Assembly (NCBI GenBank): GCA_029953675.1
Contig: JAMWBK010000002.1
Coordinates: forward strand, 310,001-374,000
From: Rhodosorus marinus CCMP1338
Taxonomy: Eukaryota > Plantae > Rhodophyta
Direction of reading: 5' to 3'
DNA length: 64,000 nucleotides
Shown here: positions 1 through 12,522 of the stretch, one piece after another
How the letters are laid out: the number at the start of each line of letters is the position of its first letter
Position numbering within the stretch: the stretch's first letter is position 1
Translations under genes and position numbers: made by a program
Notes under the pieces: model-generated
The model's database searches: none
Seen by the model: only the letters and a program-made list of their open reading frames with translations
Told to the model about the DNA's origin: nothing

Positions 1-1023
1 AGGATGAAATAATGATTTTGAGGGAAATGTGCCCATCTTGCGGGGCGCCTGGAGAGAGCCGCATGAAGGTAACTATTTCCACTCAGCATTTCGGTCCATT
101 CCTATGAAAGAACGCGATGCGTCTCGTGCTCAGCGACAGTTAAATGCGGCTGCTCGCAGATGCAAATGATCCCGTTCTTCAAGGAGGTCATCTTGATGGC
201 TTTCGCGTGTGATAAATGCGGATATAGAAGCAACGAAGTGAAGCCAGGGGGCCAGATCGCGGATATGGGAAGGAAAACTGTACTCCAGTAAGCAAGCAAC
301 CAGGACAAACCCTAAAGGAGAACCATCCGTACTCATTTATTTTTTCCGGATGTAACTCTACAGCGTCACGAACAAGGAAGACCTTTCTCGCGATATTTTG
401 AAGTCCGACACGGCGATCATTGACATCCCGGAGGTACGCAAGCGGACACCGTTGTTTTCACATGCTTGTGGACACCACGGAGTAGAGTAAATCCTTTGTT
501 TAGGTTCGCTGATAATCCTCTTCATGCACATCCAAAACCAGATTGAGCTAGTGCTCGAAGCAGGCACGCTTGGCAGTGTTTTCACCACGATCGAGGGAAT
601 GATCCTCAAGGTCAAAGACAACATCAAACAGGCCAACCCATTCGCTCTCGGAGACAGTGCGGCAACTGATAGCAAGAGCAAGTTTCGTAATTTCTTCCAG
701 TCCTTGGATAAGCTGCTTACAGGGGACGAGCGTTTCACCGTCATCCTCGATGACCCAGGTAAAACTCATCCACACCAGTGGTGCTGTTTCTCTTCATAAA
801 CAGTCCAATGAGATTCACAGACTTCGCGAGGACTTCCTTCCCATCCTCTGTAACTGACATGCAACTACTCTTTTTCGCATGTGCCAAACCAGCCGGAAAC
901 AGCTTCATTCAGAACCTTTATGCTCCCGACCCCGACCCCGAGATGGAAATCCAAGAATACGACCGCGATGAAGAACAAGACGAAGAGCTTGGAATCACAG
1001 ACCTTAAACTCTCACAGGCCTGA
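1..1023 (+). CDS. ZPR1: ZPR1 zinc-finger protein, 3' part (5' end outside window), multi-exon
   Basis: Spliced reading gives CPSCGAPGESRMK..IPFFKEVILMAFACDKCGYRSNEVKPGG, then REDLSRDILKSDT, TTIEGMI, ANPF..GDS, FTVILDDP and GNSFIQNLYAPDPDP, i.e. the second ZPR1 Zn finger/A-B domain; stop TGA 1021-1023. Confidence 0.95.
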
Positions 1024-1207
1024 TGATTCATGAACAGTCTTTCTCGAGAAGTAGTTCTGCGATTAAGTTAGTATCCGTGCTCTTTTCCATGGGCCACTGT
1101 AAAATAGAGCAACTCAATGGATGGCCCCACGTGCTTCGCAAGCTAATGCGAGTCAGCATTGTTAAAGCGACTCCAATTCCGATTCTCTCCGCCTGCACCG
1201 AAAAAGA

Positions 1208-3052
1208 CTAAAGCACGGGGGGGGCCGACCTCCTCTCGCTTGTGGGTAAAGGGTTCTGGACTGTGTAATCTGGAGAAGCTCTCGGGACTGGTCTCCGTAC
1301 AGATCCAGAGATTGCTGAGATGATATCTCCCATATCCTGCCCCTGCCCCAGTGCTCTGCGGAACTCCAAGAACTCGCTTGCGTTGGAACCGCTGTCGGAA
1401 GACCGGTCGTTGGGCGAACTAGTAGCGCCATCAACCGAACGCTGGCTCTTAGAAACCTCTTTAAGAAGCTCTACCAACCTGGCTTCCCAAGTAGCGAACA
1501 CCTCCTTGGGGGGAGTCCGTGTCGTTGCGACCTCCTCTGCGAGCTTCTGCGCGCGCTGTACGACCCCCATTTCCGCACCGAGAGACAAAGCAAGTGTATT
1601 GAGGCGCTCAACCCTCTCCAATAGCTCGTCCACGGGTGACGGACCCAGGTCGGCTTCCTCCTACAAAAAAGATCTCACGTCGCGAGTCAGTAGAAGCTGC
1701 GCTACTGTGGACAGACGTACCTTCTGAGAACTAGAGAGACTCACCATTGCGGATGGAGCTTCGAATTGAAAGTCTAGCTTTCTACGCCCATCCTCACGCT
1801 TGCGGATATCGTCTTCTCGATCCAGCAAAGCCTTTTCACTCGACTCGACTTCCTTTTGCCTCGCATCCAGGTCAGCTATTCTGACCTCATACGAAGCTTC
1901 CTTCTCAGATATCAGCTTTTGCTTTTCAGCCAAGCTTTCTTCCATATGTTCGAGCTCAACCGCTCTCGCCTCGAGGTCCCGCTTCGCGATTGCTGCTTCG
2001 CGACGGGATGCAATTGTAGCCTTCAGCTCATTCTCCACTTCGTTTCTTTGCTGATTGAGGTCAGCTCTCAAGATCTCCAGTTCACTCAGCTCGTTCTTCA
2101 CCCGCTGTTCCTTCAGTCTCAAGGTTCGCTCGGCCTCGACCACTCGAATCTCGCGCGCCTCGTTAACCTCCACGGCCATTTCTCTTCTGCGAACTGCCTC
2201 CTCCCTCCTAGTCACCTGAGAGATACTCTCCGCCAGCTGACCTCCTCGAGTATGCAACCAAGCGCCTAGGCTGCCGAACGATTTTGCCTCCTCCCCAAAC
2301 CTCGCTGAAAGCGTTTGATAGTCGCTTTCAATCTCCAAAACTCTGTCCTCACGTCTCTTCAGCTCTTTTGCATCGATCTTGTGTGATTCCAGCTTGTCAA
2401 GCTCTTCGCGGCTGGTCGAGATCTTCGACGTTAAACTTGACAGCAGGTCAGTCGCCCTTTGGACTTCCTCGTGCAATTCATCTACGGAAGATTTCAGAGC
2501 CTTTTCCCCGACTATCATGGAGTTTAAACGCTTCTCAACCTGAAGAGATTGAGATTTCAGATGCGCTAATCTCTCGTTTTCGGAGGTCATCGTCGCAGAG
2601 GCCTTGCTGGATTCCGCCAACCGTCGATCGGCTTCTTCCAATGCCGCAATCCTTTGGAGCTTTGGAATAGATGATAGAACCGAATAAACGATATACTGAG
2701 ATCCAGAAATGTATGTACGTCTACGTGTTCTTAGTCCCCTTCATACCTCAAGTTCAGCGAGCGTTTTCTGTTTCTCGCTCATCTCTCGGAGGAAATTCTT
2801 TCGCTCCTTCCGAACGCCCGCCTCCAGCGCTTCTGCGCGTTTCTCAACAGCCGACACGAGCATCCTTGAAGCCTCAACGGAGCTCCAATGTTCCTTTAAA
2901 CTGGAAGACTTCGCCTCCACCTGCTTCAGGCGTTCCTCAACGTGCTCAGCAAACGCATCGAGAGACTCAGACCGACGAACAAGCTCCTCCTCCAATCTAT
3001 CCAGCTCCTCGCTTCGAGCAACCAGTTCCTTTCGATTTTCTGAAATATTCAT
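1208..3052 (-). CDS. Long coiled-coil protein of unknown function (>=3 exons; a tiny first exon near 3086 is possible)
   Basis: ORFs 2741-3052, 1661-2641 and 1208-1633 are E/K/R/L-rich with heptad character and separated by short gaps containing GT..AG; C/A-rich promoter-type tract at 3100-3240. Confidence 0.75.
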
Positions 3053-4355
3053 CCTGTGCCCTGCTTTGCAAAACTCTTACCAGACATCCCTAAGCGGATG
3101 CCAGTCCACCCACTCCAACCCCAACCAGGTCCACCCTAACCCTCTCCACCATCAAAAAAAAAAATTCAATTACCTCGTTCACCGCGAAAACCTCCTAAAC
3201 CATAATAAGAGTCATCTCATCATTATCCCCACAAAAGATTGAATCCAATTTTTTATTTTCTTAGTACAGTATTAGTTCAGTCAAATAAATATATTGACTG
3301 ATTATATTTGTGATGCTTAGCTGGTTCTTGCGGGTTATTTTCGCAAAATTGTTTAAGTAATATTTAATGAAGGAACGATTCTGTTTCGGTTAAAACAGTA
3401 TCGTTTTCGACGTTCGAGGTATTCTCGTATTAAAAAAGTATAGAAAAACAAATATCGATGTTGCCATGATTTTTTTGTTGGCTGAGACTGTTTTGCTCTA
3501 CTATTGGTTTATGGAAATAAATAGATTGATTAGGTTTTTGACCTAGGAAATTAGTGGTTTATTTACAGCACGATTTTGAGCGGGAGTAGCTGGACGAATT
3601 TGGTGAAGCGGAGGTTGAGAAGAAAACCCCGAGAGGGGAAAAAGACTACGCATCGGCGAAGATCGCGTGCCTTCAACATCAAATTAGCCTTCATAGGCCA
3701 CAGCATGAAAGTTAGACGGGGTAAACAACGAGGAGAGACGGTCAGGGCGTTCGTGGAACAACTCCCGAAGCCAACGAGAACCACTGGAATCCATACCCCA
3801 AAACACGCAGTGACCGGAGGCCGAAGCGCGAATGTCTGGGTGGGACAAAGCCCGCATCTTTCACTTCTTTGCGACTTCTCTTAGTGGCAGAGGCAAATCC
3901 ATGACGCTCTCCCGCTGCCGGCTAAAAGCGTCTAGTATGAGGATTAGGAATAGCAAGATCAACATATGCCGTTCGGCGGGGTTCAATCTCAAGACCAGTA
4001 ACTATAGGGCGTTTATTGGACTGAAAGTGTCGGTAGGAGATTGCTGCTTTTTAGATTGAGCAGGATACTGTAAAGGACACGATCACACTGTTGGTCTGGT
4101 TCTGCATTTATTTGTCCTAGCTCTCGCACTGTTTGTACCTCCATGATACCCTCGAGCAAGATCTGAGATAGCAATTCTTCGAGGAGCCGGTTCCGTGTTG
4201 TTCCCTGCTCAGAACGAAGGTAGTATGGTAATGCTGTTGTAAGCTGGTTCTTAGAGACTCGCTCTGAAGGTTTGTCGGCGCGGGAGTTGGTGACATCGGC
4301 TGTGGACCGCGTAGGAGTTCGGGGCTGCTCAAGCGCAAGGTCGCTGACGCGACTA

Positions 4356-5083
<728 letters not shown>

Positions 5084-5653
5084 ACCGAAATATCCACTCA
5101 GCCTGCGAGCAGAGCGACGGAAACTCTAACACGCCCCGATCAGCTACCAGACATCACGTCAGCCTTTATCCAATCAATAAGCAATATTACCAAGTACAGA
5201 TAACCCAGTTTCGATGCGCTCAATCCGCAAGCGCTGTTCAACTCTGTTCTATAACAGACCGCACGGCCTTCAGCTTGGAGTCAAGAAGACGCAATTCCAC
5301 AGCATATCGAGAAGACCTATTAACGATAAGATCCCTTTTCCTCTCAACCACCAACCACAATCCGAATCTCGTCCTGGGAAAGCCTTCGATACCGTTGTCA
5401 TTCCTGACTTCAAAGAAACGAAAGGATAAGGACTCTGGAGGACGCTACCCCGGACAGAAAACAAATGGCTCACAAGCGTCTTCAAACTTTGTTTGTTTTT
5501 GATCAATCACGTCAACTTAGACAGGGCTTCAACTGCGGCGGTCGCGAGAGATTAAACTTACTTAGCCCGCCCCCCCCCCCGCCCCTTAAGCCTCACTAAT
5601 TCCATTTACGAAAAGAACTTTAGAACAAATAAACTGTTCCACAGCTCCACAAT

Positions 5654-5711
5654 CCATTATCCATTAAGCTCCATATATAACCCCATTATCCATTAAGCTC
5701 CATATATAAAC
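5654..5711. repeat. 29-bp tandem duplication CCATTATCCATTAAGCTCCATATATAA(C/A)C in AT-rich intergenic island
   Basis: Two adjacent copies at 5654-5682 and 5683-5711. Confidence 0.95.
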
Positions 5712-6672
5712 CCTACGACAATATATAACTCAATCGCATCCATCGCGCAATACAAATGTATTCACGTCCGTACTAATTAATTAAGCCCAAAAAATATATA
5801 TATACAACAACCCCTTGTAAAAACACGTTTCCAAACAAACATAAATAATATATTAATAAAATACACTATTCAATCCAAAACGATAAGAAGTTTCTACCCC
5901 CTCCCCCCTAGACCACATCCATTTTCTAATGGGTGGGGTACCTCAAGCTTACACATCTATTTTATATATTGGTACTAATTTATCTGTACTTGGTAATATT
6001 GCTTATTGATTGGATAAAGGCTGACGTTCAGTCAAAATTAAACCGTTAAAAATAGAATTTATAAAGTTTAGTTTATAATTTTGGGGGTTATTGCCTGACT
6101 TAAAAGTTGCGTTTTTTTGGAAGGGTGGGTTGGAGCTTATGAGGTGAGGGGGGGGGGGGCGTGAGATATATCTTCTGCAAATATGGAATCGTATTTTAGT
6201 GTTTTTATTGAATAAAAACGTGATTTCTCGACGAACTAAGATACGGTATCTCGGCAAGGGGGGTAGATTCTAGGTGACGCTTATGATCGCATATAAATTT
6301 TTAAAGATAGTAAATATAAAATTTATTTACCGGAATAGAGCTAATTTTATGGTTTATTTGGGGCATTTTGGATTTGTCGTGGAAGGAAGATTTTGGAGAT
6401 GAAATTTGAGTTAGTGTCACTCTTTGGGGTTGAGGTTTGGGCTTACGGCTGGAAGACAGTTCGATGGGTTGGGGTACTTAAGGGGAGTATGGAGGAGTGG
6501 GTTTGAAGATGGCCTAGTAGATGGTCAGCACCCTTTTTTGGTTTTACCCTGTTAGATTCTTTGTTAGCAAGACTTTGGAGCTTTTTAGTTTGGAAGGTCT
6601 TCAGCTTGCTCTGAGATTTAAGACGGTGGTTTGGCGTGACGGTGTTTTTTTTTTTTTTGAGATATCTGAATC

Positions 6673-8482
6673 ATGCTCCGAACAGCTGCGCAGCGGATGG
6701 GTTCCGGATTGAGGAGCTCATCCCAGAGTGGATTGAATAGCGCTCTGGTGAGTCTCTTGCCTCTGATGACTTCGGTATCCGGTTTAACTTGTTTTTGTCT
6801 CACGGTGAAGATGGATTTGGTTATCTGGTCAGGCTCAGCAACGGATGATGTCCGTTGTGGCCGTAGAGCAGCCGCCTACGCAGCATAGTAGCAAGTACTA
6901 TATGGATCTTGAAGAGAAATTTGGTGCTTTCAATTACGCTCCGATGCCTGTGGTGCTGTCCAGAGGAGAAGGATCAAAGGTACGGAAACTCGACGAGGCG
7001 GCCGCAATTGTAGTTGTATTGATTTGACGTCATCTCACAGAGCTATGGTGTGTTACATGTGTTTGTGGCTAGTTGTGGGACGTGGATGGAAAGGAATACT
7101 TTGACTTCGCCTCAGCGTACGGCTCGGTGAACCAGGGTCACTGCCATCCGCGAATCCGCGACGCGATGGTTGACCAGATGTCGAAACTCACACTGACTTC
7201 TCGCGCGTTTCACAACGACAAGCTTGGAGAGTACGTCAAATTCGTCACAGAGTACTTTGGGTTTGACAGAGCATTGCCGATGAACACCGGAGTGGAGGGC
7301 GGCGAGACTTCCATCAAACTGGCTCGGAGATGGGGATACAATGTAAAGGGCATTCCAGAAAACCACGCGAAGGTGAGTGAAATTTCAATAGAGGTGACGA
7401 GAAAACGAATGTTCGGCTCAACTCTGCAAACGCGCTTTAACAGGTTGTCTTCGCCGAGGGCAACTTTTGGGGTCGGACTTTGGCAGCGACTTCGTCTTCT
7501 ACGGATCCAACAAGTTTCACTGGATTCGGACCGTTCATGCCAGGTTTCCACAACGTACCATACAATGACTTGGCTGCTTTGGAGAAGGAGTTCAAGGAGG
7601 ATTTCAACGTCTGTGCGTACATGGTTGAAGCCATCCAGGGTGAGGCAGGAATCAGAGTACCAGACGAGGGATACTTATCGAAGGTCAAGGCTCTGTGTGA
7701 GGTCAGCAAAAGCCAGAAAAGAAAAAACGATTTCTCTCGGGATACGCTGCACAGACCTGTGCCTTTGTTCATCTCAATGATCGTTTGTATGTATGGCCTT
7801 CCACTGACGTGTACACTCCGCCGCTTCCTTCTTCGTAGAAATACAACGTTCTTCTCATTGTGGATGAGGTTCAGACTGGAATAGGACGCACTGGAAAGCT
7901 GCTCTGTCAAGAATATGACGGCGTGAAACCCGATATAACGATTCTCGGCAAGTCACTATCCGGCGGCCTGTTCCCTGTGTCGGCTGTTTTGGCGAGCCAT
8001 GAGATCATGCTCCAGCTCAAACCAGGAGAACACGGCTCTACTTATGGAGGAAACCCTCTTGCCTGCGCTGTTGCCACTGAAGCTCTCAAGGTAAGCACCA
8101 ACGCCACTGAAGAATTTTGACTTTCTCCCTTTGATGGTGAACAAAAATTTGGTCTCTCTACAAATTGAAGGTTCTGGAAGAAGAGGGAATGGTAGAGAAC
8201 GCAAGGGTTATGGGAGAAAGGCTAAGAGACGGACTGAGGTCGATGAACTCGGAATTGATAACCAATATTCGAGGACGTGGATTGTTCAACGGTATTACAA
8301 TCCAGGAGCGAGGTGGAAAGGGAGCTTACGAGCTCTGTCATAAGTTCATGGAAAACGGACTGCTGACGAAGAACACTCAGGGGGATAAGATCAGACTTGC
8401 ACCGCCGCTAATGATTTCCTCTGCACAGATCGATCAAAGCCTTGAGATCATCGAAAAGTCCATAAAGGAGTTCACCGCATGA
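6673..8482 (+). CDS. OAT: Ornithine aminotransferase, mitochondrial (class III PLP enzyme), multi-exon
   Basis: Presequence-like [16 protein letters not shown]; [65 protein letters not shown] (PLP Lys), [30 protein letters not shown]. Confidence 0.97.
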
Positions 8483-9061
8483 AGCGGTGGTCTGCCGAGA
8501 AAAACTTATCTTTGTCCTTAATGTGAATTTTGCCAGTAAAGTTAGTTATGAGTTATGAAAGCAGCTGCCTTCCCCATCGTTCCGCGTATGGTACTTGGAT
8601 ACGTTCGGCCAGTCTTTCTTCAACCAGTTTCCCGTTTGTAGACTGCAGGAAATATACACAAAAGCTAAACGAAAGGTCTTCTGTGACCTTACCGGAACAA
8701 CCAGTAGAGCTTTGTGCTGAAACGCTCAGAGAGTTCCTCCTCTGGGTTTTTGAGCGAATTCTTGAGAACGAGCCTTTTTCCCGCGCATCGAGAAGAGATA
8801 ACTGATTACAGCGGGGCCGCTGCTTGTGCGGGCAGAAGCCACACCCTATCACTTCACAGAACTCCTACAGCCCTGGTGGAACGCTTAACAAGGACATGCG
8901 ACTGCCGCGTTTCCGAGACTTCCTCGCACAACACCACGGGGAACAAAACTTCTTGAGCAGCTAAAAAGCCGCAAAGCTCTGAGAGGAACGGCTCATTGTT
9001 CAGCTTGCTTAGCGAACTCTGCAAGCAGCTAGATTCTGCAAGGACAAAAGAGTGTCAGATA

Positions 9062-9470
9062 TTCTGCTATGAGCAGTTTGGTGAGAAAGCTCCCTTGCAA
9101 GCAAGAAGCCAAGTTTCCACATCACACCTACTGCTTGCTCAGCAAAGCCATCCAAGGAGGCAGTATTTCATCAGCGGACAAAAGCGAGCGAGCCTGAAGA
9201 AGAGGAGACTTTTTTCCTTGAGCATTCGGTGAGGAAAGCCTTCTGTCCAGCAAGGAGCCACCAGCTTGTCAAAGCACATCTACTGCTTAGCTCAGCAAAG
9301 CCATCCAAGAGAGGCATTATTACTCCAGCAGCGGACAAAGGCGAACCTGAAGGAGAGGAGACTTTCTTCTTTGAAGATTCGGTGAGGAAATCCTTCTGTC
9401 CAGGCAAGAAGCCCAAAGATGTCTGAAGAGGAAGATGAGATTTTCTTCTATAAGAATTTGGTCAGGAAGA
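9062..9470 (+). repeat. Degenerate ~150-bp tandem repeat (about 3 copies) with a frame-broken ORF
   Basis: ATTCGGTGAGGAAA.CCTTCTGTCCAG at 9224 and 9377 (period 153); GCTCAGCAAAGCCATCCAAG twice; more diverged copies near 9071 and 9430-9470. Confidence 0.8.
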
Positions 9471-9639
9471 AGGAAAGGTTGTGTGTACAACAAGTCCTTG
9501 GGAAGGTGGTAGTTGAGATATATCTGGTGTCTGAGGAAGAAAGCAGAGAGCCTTGAGCAGGAAGGTTTTGAGATGCTTTTGTGACAGGGTTGCGTTTGCT
9601 TCTGAGGAGAGCCAGAGAGGTTTTCATTTAAGGAAACCG

Positions 9640-11373
9640 ATGGAGAGTGAAATAGAATACTCGCTTCTTAAAGTTCCTCTTGAAGATGCCATGAGGCAGT
9701 TTCGGAACGTTAAGAAAGAAGTGGATAGGAGGATGGAGGACGTGTCATTGGAGCTTGAAAAGAATGACGAGGTTTCTGTTGACCAAGTTTCAAAGTAAGT
9801 GGGAGGATTCTTTCACCGGTGCTTGCTGTTTGGTTTGGATGCTTTTGTCGTGACGGCTTTTCTGGGGGGTGGGTGGGGATTGATCTGATTTTGTCTTGTT
9901 GTTTTTCGTTGTTCTTGAAGGGCGATTTCTGATGCTACAGCCAAGCTCAAGGAGTTGCAAAAGTACATGGAAAAGGCGAATGAGGAAGAGCGTGAAGCAC
10001 TTTCTCGTCTGGTGTTGCGTTTCAATCATCTGGAGCAGAGGAAGGAGCTGGATGAGATGAAGCTTGTTAAGTCGGACTTTAACAACGAAAGCCAGGCAAA
10101 GTTCACTGCTGAAAGGCAGTCAGTGATTCCCACGCGCGTCAAGGATATCGATAACCTCTGGACATGGAATGAGGTTCGAGCTGAGCGTTTCATAGCGGAC
10201 TTCATGTTGAGATCGGGTTATACCGACTCTGCGCAGAAACTGGTCGAGACGTTCAAGCTTCAGGAACTAGTCGACGAGAACGTGATACGCGATTCTAGAA
10301 TGGTAAGAACGCAGACGTGTCTTTTCCTTAGGACGTGGTCTTGTCAATCCGGCGGAAACTTCATGCTCACTCGTCCAGACCTTGTCCTGTGCTCGTCTGT
10401 TGCTCAGCTGGCGACTACCTTGGAACGAAAGGACTGCACTGAAGCAATCAAGTGGAGCTATGAGAACAGAAAAAGACTGGAGAAGATTGGATCTGATCTA
10501 CTATTGAGGTTGAGGGTACAAGAGTTTGTCGAGCTTCGAAGGAGCGGGAAGATAACTGAAGCTATAGAGTACGCCAGAGCTCATATGGCGCCTGTGGCGG
10601 AGGACGCAATGAACCTTGTAAGTTGCGAGCCCTAGTTCGCTGTTTCCTTTTGTTCTGGGGTTTACTGTATTACATCCTGTTCTCTCAGGTCCCCAAGGTC
10701 ATGGGATTGCTCGCGTTTCCTCCTGATACCAAGTGCTCCCCATATGCAGAGCTCTACGCTGAGGAGAGATGGGCTGAGCTAATACAGATATTTCAGAGCT
10801 CCTTCTTCGAGCTTCACGGCCTGACCACTAAACCCCTGATCGAGGTCGCTATGATGGTTTGTATCGTACAATGACATATATGACCTGTCGCTGGGGCCAC
10901 CCAGAGGCGCTCTCTCACACTGAATACTGTCTCCCCTCTTGCCGGATTAGATTGGGATGTCGGCGAGGAAGACCAAAGCCTGCTTCCAAGATGAAACCAA
11001 GAACATAGACTGCCCAACTTGCAGCAAGCCATTCAACGAAATGTCATCCCAGCTACCGTTTTGTCAGAACACTCACTCCAAGTTGATATGTTCAATAACC
11101 GGCAAGGTAAGGCGCGGATTTTCTGCTGTCCGCTCGAGAGGGGGAAACGTCTTTCAAACCGGTAAGGTGAAGCTCACTCATTTCGCGCAATTTGCCAATC
11201 TAAAATCGTAGGTTATGAACGAAAACAACCCCCCTTTGGTGCTGGGCAACGGGAACGTGTATAGTGAGACAGGGTTGAACAGTATCAGTCATGAGGGAAC
11301 CGTTATCGACCCAAGGACAGGAGAATCCTTCCCGTACCCTTCTCCAGACATTGCGAAGGCGTATGTTCTCTGA
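9640..11373 (+). CDS. MAEA: MAEA/Gid9/Fyv10, CTLH (GID) E3 ubiquitin ligase subunit, multi-exon
   Basis: MESEIEYSLLKVPLEDAMRQFR; LisH (RFIADFMLRSGYTDSAQKL); CTLH (EAIKWSYENRKRLEKIGSDLLLRLRVQEFVELRR); CRA; degenerate RING CPTC..LPFCQNTHSKLICSITG; NNPPLVLGNGNVYS; stop 11371-11373. Confidence 0.93.
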
Positions 11374-11530
11374 CGTTGGACCTTTCAGAATCTCTATCAG
11401 GTCGGGTGAGAGAACCGCTCATCCACAAATGCTCGTAGGACCCTTGCTATCGGTACTGTACGGAGAAAGCGGGACTGTGGAAGAATTAGGAAAGCCGGTG
11501 TTCTTGTCCCGCAGACATTTGAGCATGGAC

Positions 11531-11554
11531 AGAGAGAGAGAGAGAGAGAGAGAG
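11531..11554. repeat. (AG)12 microsatellite between convergent 3' ends
   Basis: Read directly from the sequence. Confidence 0.95.
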
Positions 11555-11654
11555 GTTTCTGGTTTTCAGTCCTTGCCATTGAAAATAATCCTCGATCTGA
11601 AGACAGGAAAACCGGTGAAGCATTCTGTGCTCTGTCGATCTCTTTATATCCTTG

Positions 11655-12522
11655 CTAAGCTTTTGTTGACGACAACGCCGGAAGAGCTGCTCTTATGTAG
11701 CCTACGGCTGACGAAATAGTCAAAATGGTCGATATGTACAGAAGAAGGATCCCGAGCTTGAACAGAGAGGATCCAGGACCGCTGGCGAGTAGAATGAGGA
11801 GCGCGAACATCTGCATCGCCGTCTTGAACTTGCCCCAAACGCCCACGGCTACGGTTTCTCGGCTACCTTTAGAGGCCATGAACTCTCTCAGCGCGGAGAC
11901 GAAGATCTCCCGGCCAACGATGAGCGCGGCTGGTAGACCGATAAGGTCACCAATCTTTGATACACGACACAGAAGCTTTCAGACACGGTTGTTGTTATAA
12001 GAACAGAACCATGTAGTTCGATGTGCTCACCTGGGAGGCAAGCAAGATTAAAACAGTGCAAACCATAAGCTTATCGGCGACAGGGTCGAGAAAGGCGCCG
12101 AAAGGAGTGTACTGGTTCGTAATCCGTGCTATCAGACCGTCGAGGTAGTCCGTCAGCGCCGCGAGACCAAATAGTAGCGTCGACAATGCCCTTTGTAGAT
12201 GGAAATATGGAAGCATCATAATTAATATAATAGCTGGAACCATCGCCACTCGCAAGACCGTCAACTTGTTCGGGAGGTTGTTCGGGAGTGCGGGCACCCT
12301 CCGTCTAGTCGATGGCCCGGGCTCGTCATCAACAACATTTTCCTCACAGCTCACAATAGAAAGCCTGCGGCGGAAGAGCTCGCAGGTTTTCAAACCACGA
12401 CGCACCCGCGTGGCAGGTTTTTGTATCCGTTCGCTCCCAAACCCCCCCACACCATGCCAAGACGGTTGCAGAAAGAACAGAGGTTTTCGTTTCCTCATCA
12501 AACAGCTGCCATCACTCTCCAT
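11655..12522 (-). CDS. pgsA: CDP-diacylglycerol-glycerol-3-phosphate 3-phosphatidyltransferase (PGP synthase), probably plastid-targeted, 2 exons
   Basis: NLPNKLTVLRVAMVP; CDP-alcohol motif DYLDGLIAR..TPFGAFLDPVADK; GREIFVSALREFMA; GKFKTAMQM; basic/Ser-rich N-terminal extension. Confidence 0.93.

Noticed and set aside
5200-5605. Minus-strand gene starting MELVRLKGRGGGRA at 5605, predicted from the C-tract
   Set aside because: No downstream acceptor gives an open frame in the required phase; the reading depends on the length of the C11 homopolymer.
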